A stretch of 64,000 bases of DNA from Candidatus Aminicenantes bacterium (lineage in GTDB: Bacteria > Acidobacteriota > Aminicenantia > Aminicenantales > JAFGBC01), in NCBI GenBank assembly GCA_963702005.1, contig OY969696.1, forward strand, positions 1,888,001 through 1,952,000, read 5' to 3'. Positions within the stretch are counted from its first letter, which is position 1. Each line of letters starts with the position of its first letter. Shown one piece after another: positions 40,385-50,393 of the stretch. Made by a program: the position numbers and the translations under genes. Below the pieces are notes generated by a model. The model did not search any database, had not been told where the DNA came from, and worked only from the letters and a program-made list of their open reading frames with translations.

Positions 40385-41599
40385 ATGACAAGAGAACCTA
40401 AATCGACGGGAGGCCGAACCTTCCTATTCATGATCCTTACGCCCCTCCTAACGATTCTTATCCTGGCTCTCCTGTTCGAGGTCGGGCTCCGCATCGGGGG
40501 CTACAACCCCTTGGGCCGCATGGCACGGGGCGCGGAGGGGAATAGCTTTTTCCTCAGGAAGTCGGCTGATCCCATCCTCCGCTTCGAGCTGAATCCGGGC
40601 TACCAGGGCGTCTTCGAAGGGGCCCGGCTTGTCATCAACGCGCGAGGGATGAGGGGCCGGGAGCTTCCCGAGGACAAGAATGGACATATCCGGATCGCCC
40701 TCCTTGGCGATTCCATCACACTGGCTAAAACCATTCCCGAGGAAGAGATCTTCGCCTCGCGCCTGGAGCGGATGCTCCAGGCCGTCGATCCCCGCTACGA
40801 GGTCCTGAATTTAGGCACGGACGGCTACGATACCGTCCAGGAGGTCCTCTCCTTCCGGGACAAAGGCCTCGCCTTCGCCCCGGACGTCGTGGTCGTTTGC
40901 TACTGCCTCAACGACATCGGCATCACGCCGCTCGACACGGGCTTCATCCAAAATTTCATCCAGCCCCGGATTCCGCTTTCTTACCGGCTGCGGGTCTGGC
41001 AGTGGGTCAACCTGAGGCTGCGGCGGCTCAAGGCGGCGAGCCTGTTTAAAAAGCAGCTCGAGTCGGTCGGCGCCTTTGGAGATTTCTACGGGAATCTCTT
41101 TCCCCCGGCCGATAAAGACGCTTTCATGGAGGAAGAATTCCAGGCCATCGCCGAGAGCCAGAAGGCTTTCGCCGCCGCAGGCTCCTATGACCGGAAGAGA
41201 ACCGTCCTCGAGCATCCCGGCAGCCTTTGGCTCAATCAGTACACCGACCTCAAGAGCGTCGGCAAGATCCGCTACGCGTTCAAAGAGCTGGCCGGAATGG
41301 CCGATGCCCGCGGCTTCAAGGTCCTGGTCGCCGTCATCCCGTTCTTCTACAAAGTCCAAGGCCGCTACCTAGACCTCCCCGCCCATCGGATCGTCATCCG
41401 CCAAGCCCAGGCCTTCGGGCTTAAGACGGCCGACCTGTTTCCGATGTTCAACGCGGCCGGGTTCAAGGGGCTCGACCTGGACGGCGTCCATTTCAGCGTC
41501 CGGGGCCATAAGGTCATGGCCGAGGCCCTGTTCGAGGAGCTGGGGAGCCAGTTCTTTCCCGACCTGGCCAAACAAGCCGGCCCGGCCGATAATAAATAG
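40385..41599 (+). CDS. Membrane-anchored SGNH/GDSL hydrolase-family protein
   Basis: N-terminal TM helix; blocks LLGDS, NLGTDGY, YCLND, DGVH. Confidence 0.85.
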   Translation: MTREPKSTGGRTFLFMILTPLLTILILALLFEVGLRIGGYNPLGRMARGAEGNSFFLRKSADPILRFELNPGYQGVFEGARLVINARGMRGRELPEDKNGHIRIALLGDSITLAKTIPEEEIFASRLERMLQAVDPRYEVLNLGTDGYDTVQEVLSFRDKGLAFAPDVVVVCYCLNDIGITPLDTGFIQNFIQPRIPLSYRLRVWQWVNLRLRRLKAASLFKKQLESVGAFGDFYGNLFPPADKDAFMEEEFQAIAESQKAFAAAGSYDRKRTVLEHPGSLWLNQYTDLKSVGKIRYAFKELAGMADARGFKVLVAVIPFFYKVQGRYLDLPAHRIVIRQAQAFGLKTADLFPMFNAAGFKGLDLDGVHFSVRGHKVMAEALFEELGSQFFPDLAKQAGPADNK

Positions 41600-41650
41600 G
41601 AGCGTCCTGGAGAAGGGGCCGCCCAACAATCTTCAGGGGAGGAAAGCGCA

Positions 41651-42649
41651 ATGGGGGAGAACATTCCCTTATTATGTCCGGCCTGCCAAGGCGCTTTGGC
41701 CGCGCGGGATGCGGCCTGGAGCTGCGCGTCCTGCGGCCGAACGTTCGGCTGCGGAGGGGGGATATCTCTCCTCTTCCATCCAAACGACTGGGACGCCTCC
41801 AAAGGGGACGTGACGGACACGATCAAGTGCTTTTACGAAGAGACGCCCTTTCCCAACTATGAGGAAACCGATTCCGTCTGGCGGCTCAAGGAAAAAGCCG
41901 AGAAGGGCGTCTTCGCCCGCCTCCTCGACGAGCAAATTCCGGCCGGCGCCCGCGTCCTCGAGGCCGGCTGCGGGACCGGGCAGCTCAGCAATTTCCTGGG
42001 GATCCGAACCGGCCGGACCGTCTTCGGGACCGACCTCTGCCTCAACTCCCTGAAGCTTGCCGAAGGTTTCAGGGTCCGGAACCGGCTCGACAACGTCCGC
42101 TTCATCCAGATGAACCTGTTCCGGCCGGTCTTCGCGCCGGCGTCTTTCGACGTCGTCATCTGCAACGGCGTTCTTCATCACACCAGCGATCCGTTCCTCG
42201 GCTACCGGACCCTGGCCGGACTTGTCAAGCCGGGAGGCGTCATCATCATCGGCCTCTACAACACCTGGGGACGTCTCACGACCGACTTCCGCCGCTGGGT
42301 CTTCAAGGTGACCGGGAACCGCTTCCAGGCCCTGGACCCGCGTATCCGCAAGGATCCGACCAACGCCCTGCGCAAGAAGACCTGGTTCCTCGATCAGTAC
42401 AAGAATCCCTACGAGTCCAAGCATGCGATCGGCGAAGTCCTGGGCTGGTTCGATCAAACGGGCGTCGCTTTTCTGTCCAGCATTCCCAAGGCCGTGGCCT
42501 TCGAGACGTTTTCGGGCGAGGAGAAGCTCTTCGAGGAACACGCCCGGGGGTCTCGTCTCGACCACGCCCTCGTCCAGCTCGGGATGCTCTTCAGCGGAGG
42601 CCGCGAAGGCGGCTTCTTCATCATGATCGGGCGGAGGCGGGCCGCTTAA
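41651..42649 (+). CDS. SAM methyltransferase with N-terminal Trm112-like zinc knuckle
   Basis: CPAC...CASC; FYEETPFPNY; VLEAGCGTGQL; CNGVLHHT; DQYKNP. Confidence 0.85.
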   Translation: MGENIPLLCPACQGALAARDAAWSCASCGRTFGCGGGISLLFHPNDWDASKGDVTDTIKCFYEETPFPNYEETDSVWRLKEKAEKGVFARLLDEQIPAGARVLEAGCGTGQLSNFLGIRTGRTVFGTDLCLNSLKLAEGFRVRNRLDNVRFIQMNLFRPVFAPASFDVVICNGVLHHTSDPFLGYRTLAGLVKPGGVIIIGLYNTWGRLTTDFRRWVFKVTGNRFQALDPRIRKDPTNALRKKTWFLDQYKNPYESKHAIGEVLGWFDQTGVAFLSSIPKAVAFETFSGEEKLFEEHARGSRLDHALVQLGMLFSGGREGGFFIMIGRRRAA

Positions 42650-42710
42650 GCCGGCGCCAGGCCGGGATCGATCCAACGTTCCCGAGAACCGGGAGGGCGG
42701 CGTCGCGATA

Positions 42711-43250
42711 ATGAAGGAGCAGAATATGACCGACTACTCGAATCGCATCCCCGAAATTCATCCCCGCTCGTTCGTCGCGGATGGGGCCCGGCTCATCGGC
42801 CGGGTCGTCCTGGCCGAGGGGGCGAGCGTTTGGTACAACGCCGTCGTGCGGGCCGACATCGCGGACATCGTCGTCGGCGAGGACTCGAACATCCAGGACG
42901 GGTGCCTTGTTCACGTCGACACCGGATTGCCGACCGTGATCGGCCGGGGCGTGACGGTCGGCCACGGCGCCGTCCTCCACGCCTGCACGATCGGTGACAA
43001 TGCCCTGATCGGGATGGGCGCGATCATCCTCGACGGCGCGGTCGTTCCGCCCGATTCGATCGTCGCGGCCGGGGCGCTCATCCCTCCCAATAAAACATAC
43101 CCGGCGGGGTCGCTCATTATCGGCTCGCCGGCCGTTGTCGCCCGGAAGCTCAGCGAGGCCGAGATCGCCCGGAACCGGGAGAGCGCCCGCCACTACCGCG
43201 AATTCTGGGAATCTTACCTCAAGCACGGCATCGGCCGGTTTCCGCGCTAG
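42711..43250 (+). CDS. Gamma carbonic anhydrase family protein
   Basis: SVWYNAVVRAD, SNIQDG..VH, TVGHGAVLHACTIG hexapeptide repeats. Confidence 0.92.
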   Translation: MKEQNMTDYSNRIPEIHPRSFVADGARLIGRVVLAEGASVWYNAVVRADIADIVVGEDSNIQDGCLVHVDTGLPTVIGRGVTVGHGAVLHACTIGDNALIGMGAIILDGAVVPPDSIVAAGALIPPNKTYPAGSLIIGSPAVVARKLSEAEIARNRESARHYREFWESYLKHGIGRFPR

Positions 43251-43451
43251 GCCCGGCCGTCTTAAATCATTGGATTTCGCTTTTATCTTCAATGTAGGAT
43301 AATTAGATTATAGGTGCCATGTCGAAGAGGAATGTCCTGAAAAAACCTTTGATGTCGGTCGCCGCATCTTGCTTCCTCGTCCCGCTGGCGGTTTGTTATC
43401 CGGCTTCCCCGGCGGCGTCTGCCGGCGCAGCTTCTAGTGCCGGAGGCCTGC

Positions 43452-46265
43452 ATGCATGATATGAGGTCGGCAAGCGCGATCGGGATCCTGGCCGCGGCCT
43501 TATGCATATTGGCGACGGCTGAGGCGTCGAACCAAAACGGCCCTCCGGGCGGGGGCCGCTTGGACAAGGGACTTTTCGCGCTGGCCTATGACACCCGCGG
43601 GATCACGTCTCTTTCGACGCCTTCGGATCCCTACCGGGCTGAATTCCTGGCCCCGGGCGGACGCTTGGGGGAGGCGGTCGTCAAATACAGGATCGGGAAC
43701 GGCGACTGGCTCGATCTCTATACGGAAGAAAGGACGCTCTCGGCGGATCCTGCCGCCAGTGTCCTCGTCTACGCGGACGACGTCAAGGGCGCGCCCCTGA
43801 AGCTCGTCCAACGCTTCTCGACCGACGGCGTCAAGCTCGACTGGGACATTGAAATTTCGGCAAACATGGATTTTCCGGTGACGATCGGCGACCTGGCCGT
43901 GACCATCCCCTGGCGCCTTCCGTTCGGCGAAGATCCCCTCGAGATATTCGAGAAGGCCTGGACCAAGCACCAGTTCATTTCCGGCCACGGATCGTTCATC
44001 TATTTCGTCAAGCCCAACGGCGAGCCTCCCTACCTCATCATGACCGTCCGTCCCGAGACCAAGCTCGAGTACACCGGATTTTCCGGTCCGACCCAGGGTC
44101 CGGGCCGGGGCGCCTTCCGGGCTTATATCCATTCCGGCCACACCGGGGGGTCCGAAACGCGAGGGACCTGGCGTCAGCCGCACACCGTTCTCGATCTGGG
44201 CCCATCCGGGACGCCCAACGCTGGCGCGGCCTACGGTGTCCGCTTCCAGTGGGCGAAATCCTACCAGGACATGCGCGATATTCTTTATGACGAAGGGCTC
44301 TTCGACATCCGGGTCGTCCCGGGCATGACCGTACCCGAGGATCTTACGGCCCGCTTCGCCCTGCGGACAAAGGCCCGAGTCGAATCGATCGCGCCCGAAT
44401 TTCCCGCGGAGACGAAAATCGTCGAACGGAGCGGGCCGACCCCCGGTCTCCGCGTCTTCGAGGTCGCCTTCAAGCGGCTGGGCGAAAACCTCCTGACCAT
44501 CAACCATGACGGAGGGCGGACGACCCGCCTGGAGTTCTTCGCCACCGAGCCGCTCGAAACGCTCATCAAGAAGCGGAGCGCGTTCATCGTCCATCGCCAG
44601 CAGCACCGCGATCCCGCCAAGTGGTATGACGGATTGTTCTCAGTCTACGACATGAAGAACAAAGTCCTGCGCGGCCCGGACGACACGGATGGGTTCGATT
44701 ATTGGTGGGGCTACGTCCTGGCTTGCGACGACCCGGCCCTGTGCAAGGCGCCCTTCGTCGCCTCCAAGAACGTCCGTTTTCCGGACAAGGCCGAGATCGC
44801 GGCCGTCGAATACTACCTCGAACATTTCGTCTGGGGCGGGTTGCAGAGAACCGACAAGGAGTCGCCCTATCCCTATGGGATCCACGGCGTCCCGAACTGG
44901 AAGGTCGCCCGCGATCGATCTCTACGCGCCGGCATCGAAAACCGCAATCTCGACAAGGTTAAAGCCTGGCGCTCCTATGATTACCCGCACTTGATCATGC
45001 TCTATTACCATATGTACGAGATTGCGAAAAAATATCCCGGCCTGGTCCGCTATCTCGACGCCGCCGGCTACCTGGAACGCGCCTGCCAAACCGCCCGGGC
45101 CTATTTTATTTTTCCTTACGAAATCCTGCCCTGGTATGAGACTTATAAATGGGGCTGCTACAACGAGCTGGTCATCCTGGACCTCATCGCCGCGCTTGAG
45201 AGGGAGGGCCGCCGGGACGACGCCGACTGGCTGCGGGCCGAATGGGAGAAGAAGGTCAAATACTTCGTCTATGACGACAAATACCCGTTCCGATCTGAGT
45301 ATGCTCTCGACCGGACGGCCTTCGAATCCAGCTACGCCCTGGCCAAATACGGCGCGACCCGCGACATGAAGCCGGACTCGAACCTCTGGTTCGACAAGAG
45401 GCTTCAGAAATGGCACTCCCACCCGTCCGTGAGACGGGAAGACTCCCGGGCTTTCATGGACCGTCAGCTCATGGCCGGCTTGGCCGTCCGGGGCTGGCTG
45501 GAAACGGCCTATTATCTGTTGGGCGCCGATTTCACGGCGAGCTCCGACATGGGATCCATGAGCTACATGGCTGCTATGGGCGGCTGGGGAATTCTGGATT
45601 ACGCCGTCCATTTTGCCCCCGAGCCCCGGGATTGGCTGCAACTCGGATACGCGTCCTACCTTTGCTCCTGGGCCCTGATGAACACCGGCCGGCCCGAGAC
45701 GAATTACGGCTTCTGGTTCCCGGGCAAGGAGAATGACGGCGCCGCGGGCTGGCAGTTCATGACGGCGAAATACGGGTGGGCCTGGATCCGCAAGGACGTT
45801 CCGCGCGGGCCCTGGCATTACGACGGCGAAATCGACCTCGGCTTCGGCGCCGGCCTGAGAATGGCGGCCACGATTGTGACCCGCGATCCGGCCTTCGGCT
45901 GGATAGCCTATGGCGGGACTTTGGCCGAGAAGGGCAGGAGCCTATCCATCGTCCCCAAAGACGGTCTGCGGCAGAGGTTCTACGCGGTCCTGGACGACAC
46001 CCGCATTCGCATAGAGCTCGACCGGGACGGCTTTGCGGCCGGAAAAGCCATCGTCACGGACAGGGATTTCAAGACGATCAAGTTCGTGCTCGAGAACCGC
46101 ACGAACGACGCTCATACGACGGGAATTCTCGTCGCCGTTCCGAAAGGGCGGGCCTGCCGTGTTTTTCAGGACGGGAAAAAGCTATCGACTGTCCCGGCGG
46201 GGACCGAAGCCGTTATCGCTCTCAGGCTGAGCGGGGAGACCTCGGCCATAGAGATCAGTCTTTAG
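43452..46265 (+). CDS. Secreted DUF5695-like protein (putative glycoside hydrolase)
   Basis: Signal peptide; HQFISGHGSFIY, WRSYDYPH, DRTAFES, MSYMAAMGGW, YDGEIDLG, DGLRQR. Confidence 0.65.
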   Translation: MHDMRSASAIGILAAALCILATAEASNQNGPPGGGRLDKGLFALAYDTRGITSLSTPSDPYRAEFLAPGGRLGEAVVKYRIGNGDWLDLYTEERTLSADPAASVLVYADDVKGAPLKLVQRFSTDGVKLDWDIEISANMDFPVTIGDLAVTIPWRLPFGEDPLEIFEKAWTKHQFISGHGSFIYFVKPNGEPPYLIMTVRPETKLEYTGFSGPTQGPGRGAFRAYIHSGHTGGSETRGTWRQPHTVLDLGPSGTPNAGAAYGVRFQWAKSYQDMRDILYDEGLFDIRVVPGMTVPEDLTARFALRTKARVESIAPEFPAETKIVERSGPTPGLRVFEVAFKRLGENLLTINHDGGRTTRLEFFATEPLETLIKKRSAFIVHRQQHRDPAKWYDGLFSVYDMKNKVLRGPDDTDGFDYWWGYVLACDDPALCKAPFVASKNVRFPDKAEIAAVEYYLEHFVWGGLQRTDKESPYPYGIHGVPNWKVARDRSLRAGIENRNLDKVKAWRSYDYPHLIMLYYHMYEIAKKYPGLVRYLDAAGYLERACQTARAYFIFPYEILPWYETYKWGCYNELVILDLIAALEREGRRDDADWLRAEWEKKVKYFVYDDKYPFRSEYALDRTAFESSYALAKYGATRDMKPDSNLWFDKRLQKWHSHPSVRREDSRAFMDRQLMAGLAVRGWLETAYYLLGADFTASSDMGSMSYMAAMGGWGILDYAVHFAPEPRDWLQLGYASYLCSWALMNTGRPETNYGFWFPGKENDGAAGWQFMTAKYGWAWIRKDVPRGPWHYDGEIDLGFGAGLRMAATIVTRDPAFGWIAYGGTLAEKGRSLSIVPKDGLRQRFYAVLDDTRIRIELDRDGFAAGKAIVTDRDFKTIKFVLENRTNDAHTTGILVAVPKGRACRVFQDGKKLSTVPAGTEAVIALRLSGETSAIEISL

Positions 46266-46761
46266 TTTTATAAGCCCGGCCGATACCGACATATCCGCGT
46301 GTTTGGCCTTCATAGATTTCCTGCTGGATATCGTCCAGGACCATGAGATCGCCGCCCAGCCGGGCCGTTTGGTTGCGCAGGTCGTTTTTCACGTAGTCAA
46401 GTTGGCCGTGAATCCCCGTATGAATATCTCTTAAAAAAACAGCATCCTCGGGCGCTTCTGCGTGGATCAAGATCTGGACCCGCTCTCCACCCGGTGTCAG
46501 GGTATATTGGATCCTGTCGTGCTTAGCTTTGAAATGGGCATAGGCGACGACGGCGGCTACGACGACGACCGCCCCTACGATAAAAGGCGTAAAAAAGGAT
46601 GCCGAATCTATCTGCATTCCCGGATCCGGCCAGGGAGAGGAAGAATGGGTTTGGTATCCCCTCGCTTCCGAAGGCTGAGTCCGCACTCCCACTCCGCCGC
46701 ATCCGACTTGAAAGAAGACTCCCAATGACAAGACGAGAACCAGGGATAGTATTCGTCTCAT
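46255..46761 (-). CDS. Hypothetical lipoprotein/membrane protein (DUF4156-like C-terminus)
   Basis: Lipobox-like FQVGC, internal TM helix, NDLRNQTARLGGD...GRAYK. Confidence 0.5.
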   Translation of the reverse strand: MRRILSLVLVLSLGVFFQVGCGGVGVRTQPSEARGYQTHSSSPWPDPGMQIDSASFFTPFIVGAVVVVAAVVAYAHFKAKHDRIQYTLTPGGERVQILIHAEAPEDAVFLRDIHTGIHGQLDYVKNDLRNQTARLGGDLMVLDDIQQEIYEGQTRGYVGIGRAYKTKD

Positions 46762-46875
46762 TTTTGGCTTCCTCTGATCTGTCAAGATGCAAATAGTATG
46801 CCAGGCTCTACCCAGCCAAAACGGACGCCCCCCGCTCTTCCGATGTCCTCCGGTTGGGACAGATGTCCGAGCTTC

Positions 46876-47685
46876 TTATTTCCAGACGGCCACGGCGGGC
46901 AGGACCTCTTCCCGGACGAACCTATCAAACACTTCGGGGGATGGCGTCAAATCATTAGGGATTTGCCACATTTCTTTCAATGCCGCCATCGAGGCCAATA
47001 GAAAATAGGTGCGCGGGCCGTCTTTCCAGAGATATGCCCTGAAAACATAGGGAATCTCATATTCCTTGCCGCCGACCTGCGCCGCGTACGTATAGACCCC
47101 GTTGCCGATGAGGCGCCCCTCCTCCAAACGGACTTCTTCAAGTCGTATTTCTTTGATATTCAGGGTCAACCCTTCGAGTTGGATGGGATTCTGCCGGAGC
47201 TTATTCAGGGAGAATTCCATAAGCTCACGGGTTATGGCCAGGTCGGATTGGCACCAGGCTAATTCGATGTGTTTTTCGGAGGTCGTGAGCAGGGTCCAGA
47301 GGGTCCCATTGGTCGGTGTCATTCCCGTTGGAAACCATTTGGGACTCGGGAATTCCCGGCTGCGCCAATCCTGCGGAATTCGAAAAGAAAGATTGAATTT
47401 GTCCGATTTAACCTCCTGGGTCAGCAGCGGATTATCGACGCTGATCGTCTGACCATGGCAACACGTCGTCAAGGCGATCTGACGTTGGAGGTCGAGGAAA
47501 GCGATCGGCGTCCCCCTGGCTTGGTTAATATTGGTGTCGACGATGAATTGCCGGCCGGTTTGGGGGCAGTTCCAAACGATAAAGACCGTTCGGACGGTCC
47601 CGTTATAGATGGTGCCCTCGACGAAACAGGCCAGATGGCCGTCCACGGTCAGCTGACCCTCGTTCCCGGTTAGGGTGAAGGGCAT
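46876..47685 (-). CDS. Hypothetical protein, possibly 5'-truncated
   Basis: 269-aa ORF; the frame stays open upstream (REVSLEKARKLLLSFWGPN) to a TAG at 47743-47745; no clear RBS. Confidence 0.5.
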   Translation of the reverse strand: MPFTLTGNEGQLTVDGHLACFVEGTIYNGTVRTVFIVWNCPQTGRQFIVDTNINQARGTPIAFLDLQRQIALTTCCHGQTISVDNPLLTQEVKSDKFNLSFRIPQDWRSREFPSPKWFPTGMTPTNGTLWTLLTTSEKHIELAWCQSDLAITRELMEFSLNKLRQNPIQLEGLTLNIKEIRLEEVRLEEGRLIGNGVYTYAAQVGGKEYEIPYVFRAYLWKDGPRTYFLLASMAALKEMWQIPNDLTPSPEVFDRFVREEVLPAVAVWK

Positions 47686-47836
47686 GTTCGGGCCCCAGAA
47701 AGAAAGCAGCAGCTTGCGGGCTTTCTCGAGCGAAACCTCCCGCTAATATACGGGATCAGCGGGCCTAAGGTCGAATTTCGGAGTTTGGAGCCATCAGGAA
47801 TCCGTGGGATCGATTTCGGCTTTGGGCGGGCCGTCC

Positions 47837-48331
47837 TTAAATCTCATAGCATTCCACGATTTCACCGAAGTAGAGCGTGTGGTAATCTTTCTGGGGATAA
47901 AGCTTTTGATATTCCGGGGCTAAATATTTCGGGTCCATGGGAGCCTTAAAGACGATCCTGCATTCAAAATGGATTCCCGGGATCCGGATGATGGGCGACA
48001 GTGTTTTTTGGGCTGAAGCCGGTTCCAAACCGCATTCTTTATATTTATCATGTGTTCGGCCAGACTGGGTCCCGCAAAACGCGAGCTCATCCTTGAGGCC
48101 GCTTTTGGGAATCGAGACGGTGAAATCCGCCGCCCTTTCCATGATTCCGAAAGTGAACCTGGAGTTGCGGACGGCAACCATGAAAATCGGCTTTGACCAG
48201 ACAACGCCAATGGTCGCCCATCCGATCGTCATGGTGTTGAGCCGGTTTTCAGCCTTGGCCGTTAAAAACGCCCCTTTTTCTATCTGGGTCATCGCCTTTT
48301 CGGCGATACTCATGGAGTCCAAACGCTTCAT
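47837..48331 (-). CDS. Flavin reductase family protein
   Basis: NTMTIGW, VAVRNSRFT, CGTQSGR..DK, DYHTLYFGEI; RBS aaggag. Confidence 0.88.
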   Translation of the reverse strand: MKRLDSMSIAEKAMTQIEKGAFLTAKAENRLNTMTIGWATIGVVWSKPIFMVAVRNSRFTFGIMERAADFTVSIPKSGLKDELAFCGTQSGRTHDKYKECGLEPASAQKTLSPIIRIPGIHFECRIVFKAPMDPKYLAPEYQKLYPQKDYHTLYFGEIVECYEI

Positions 48332-48404
48332 CTTCAGCTCCTTTTCCGCCGCGCTTTCGGAGTGAACGTCCTTGGCCTCGGTCGGCATCGTTCCATGGAC
48401 AGGG

Positions 48405-48484
48405 ATGTTAAATCGTCGGGCGAAGGGATGTCAAGAAGGCTTTCCGGCCGCCGCTTGTTTTGCCGCGATCGGTTTTGTTAAAAT
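48405..48484. promoter_or_regulatory. Divergent promoters (flavin reductase / tld operon)
   Basis: Minus: TTGACA (48434-48429)-18 nt-TAACAT. Plus: extended -10 TGtTAAAAT (48476-48484). Confidence 0.55.
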
Positions 48485-48524
48485 GACGGAAACGACGTCA
48501 ATCAAAGCATAAGGGAGGAAATCG

Positions 48525-48614
48525 ATGAAGCTATTCAGAACCCTCGGCCGCATTCAACGCGGCACCTTCGCCGACAAGAAGAGGGTCGGGCCACAAATAT
48601 GGCCCGACCGGTAA
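48525..48614 (+). CDS. 29-aa mini-ORF, not in the ORF track
   Basis: Strong RBS aagggagg; MKLFRTLGRIQRGTFADKKRVGPQIWPDR; 3' half overlaps hairpin ggtcgggcca-caaata-tggcccgacc. Confidence 0.45.
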   Translation: MKLFRTLGRIQRGTFADKKRVGPQIWPDR

Positions 48615-48673
48615 CCTTCGGGGCTCTTCGTTCGTATTATTAATTATATGCAAGAACACGAAAGGAGAGGTTT

Positions 48674-48934
48674 ATGCTAAGGCGTGATTTTCTCAAAGGG
48701 AGCCTTGCCGGCCTGGCCGCCTCGGCCTTGCTTCCGGTCTTGAACAAAGATACCTACGGCGTGGACGATCCCGACCCGAGCGACTCCGCGCTCTGGCTTC
48801 ATGGTTCGCCCTACCTTGGGCATTCGGATTTCAGGCGTGACTTTCGGGGCCTGACCCCCGACAAAGCGCGCCTGGAAATCGTCCATTTCAGGACCGCCGA
48901 ACCTTGGCGGAGAAAGATCCTATTCCGAATCTGA
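48674..48934 (+). CDS. Small twin-arginine signal protein
   Basis: RBS aaggag; MLRRDFLKGSLAGLAASALLP Tat motif; 86 aa. Confidence 0.7.
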   Translation: MLRRDFLKGSLAGLAASALLPVLNKDTYGVDDPDPSDSALWLHGSPYLGHSDFRRDFRGLTPDKARLEIVHFRTAEPWRRKILFRI

Positions 48935-48944
48935 GGAGAGACGA

Positions 48945-50393
48945 ATGAAAGACCTGGCATCTCTCGCCCTGGATACGGCCCGTTCGCACGGCGCTTCGTA
49001 TGCGGACATCCGAATCTGCCGCTACCGGAATCAATATATTTTTGGCCGGGACATGCGCATTGAAACGACGGCGGACACCGAGGAAATAGGTTTCGGCGTT
49101 CGGACCATCGTCAACGGCGCCTGGGGATTTGCCTCGAGCTATCGCTTAGACCGCGAGGAAATCCAGCGGATCGCCGGCCTGGCTGTGGACGTCGCCCGGG
49201 CGAGCGCGCGGTTGCTAAAGCAGCCCGTCGAGCTCGTCCCGGAACCGGCCTACCAGGACCACTGGCAATCCCCCATTCAAAAGAATCCCTTTAAGATCCC
49301 CATGGAGAAGAAGATCGAGCTTATCCTCAAGATCAATGAGGAAATGCTCAAAGTGACCGGGATCAAGGTGGCGACGTCCTTCCTGAACTTCAACGAAATC
49401 TGGAAATACTTCGCCTCGACCGACGGTTCGTTCATCGAACAGGACCTGTTTTTCTGCTACCCGAATTTTACCGCGGTCGCCGTCGGCGCCGGGGATTCGC
49501 AAACGCGCTCCATCCAAGTCCCGCCCGAGCAGAAGGGCTATGAAATGATCGAAGCCGTCAATTGGATCGAACGGGCTCGGCAGGCGGCCAAGGAAGCCGT
49601 CCAGAAACTCAAGGCCAAGGAAGGACAGGCGGGCAGGAAGGACGTCATCCTCCTGCCCTCTCATCTCTGCCTGACCATTCATGAGAGCATCGGCCATGCA
49701 ACGGAGCTTGACCGGGCCCTGGGCTGGGAAGCCGACATGGCCGGGACGACCTTCGTTACGCCCGACAAGCTGGGGACTTTGCGCTACGGCTCGCCCCTGA
49801 TGACGATCGTCGGCGACAAGCTCCTGCCCAACGCCCTGGCTACGGTGGGATATGACGACGATGGGGTTAAGGCCCGGCGGTTCCATATTATCAAGGACGG
49901 CATCTTTACCGCGTACCAGACGACCCGCGAGCTGGCCCGCTTCGTCAAGGACAAAGAATCGAACGGCTGCGCCTACGCCGATTCCTGGAGCTCGTTTCCG
50001 TTGCAGCGCATGCCCAATATCTGGCTCAAGGCGGGGGACAAGCCCCTAACCCTCGACCAACTCATCGCGGATACGCAGGATGGCCTGCTTTTCGACGGGA
50101 CGGGAAGCTTCAGCATCGATCACCAGCGGTTTAACTTCCAGTTCGGCGGAGACGCCGTCTGGGAGATCAAGGACGGCAAGCGGGGCGATATGGTCAAGAA
50201 CGTCGCCTACCAATCAAAGACGACGGACTTCTGGGGGTCGCTCGATGCCGTGTGCTCCCAGGAAGCCTGGGAGAATTGGGGCGTCTTTGGCTGTGGCAAA
50301 GGAGAGCCCATGCAATCGGCTCGGATGGGCCACGGCAGCGCTCCCAGCCGCTTCCGCCAAGTCAATATCGTCAGCGCGGGAGGGAAGATATGA
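48945..50393 (+). CDS. tldD: TldD-family metalloprotease
   Basis: GASYADIRI, GFGVR, GAWGFAS, HESIGH, GYDDDG, QRMPN, CGKGEP. Confidence 0.92.
   Translation: MKDLASLALDTARSHGASYADIRICRYRNQYIFGRDMRIETTADTEEIGFGVRTIVNGAWGFASSYRLDREEIQRIAGLAVDVARASARLLKQPVELVPEPAYQDHWQSPIQKNPFKIPMEKKIELILKINEEMLKVTGIKVATSFLNFNEIWKYFASTDGSFIEQDLFFCYPNFTAVAVGAGDSQTRSIQVPPEQKGYEMIEAVNWIERARQAAKEAVQKLKAKEGQAGRKDVILLPSHLCLTIHESIGHATELDRALGWEADMAGTTFVTPDKLGTLRYGSPLMTIVGDKLLPNALATVGYDDDGVKARRFHIIKDGIFTAYQTTRELARFVKDKESNGCAYADSWSSFPLQRMPNIWLKAGDKPLTLDQLIADTQDGLLFDGTGSFSIDHQRFNFQFGGDAVWEIKDGKRGDMVKNVAYQSKTTDFWGSLDAVCSQEAWENWGVFGCGKGEPMQSARMGHGSAPSRFRQVNIVSAGGKI

Noticed and set aside
37850-41599. Saxitoxin or Nod-factor biosynthesis (sxtIJKL-like, nodU/noeA-like genes)
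   Set aside because: No sxtA/sxtG or nodABC in the window; these tailoring families are widespread outside those pathways.
48575-48632. Known riboswitch upstream of the tld operon
   Set aside because: I could not match it to any riboswitch consensus by eye; kept only as an unassigned structure.
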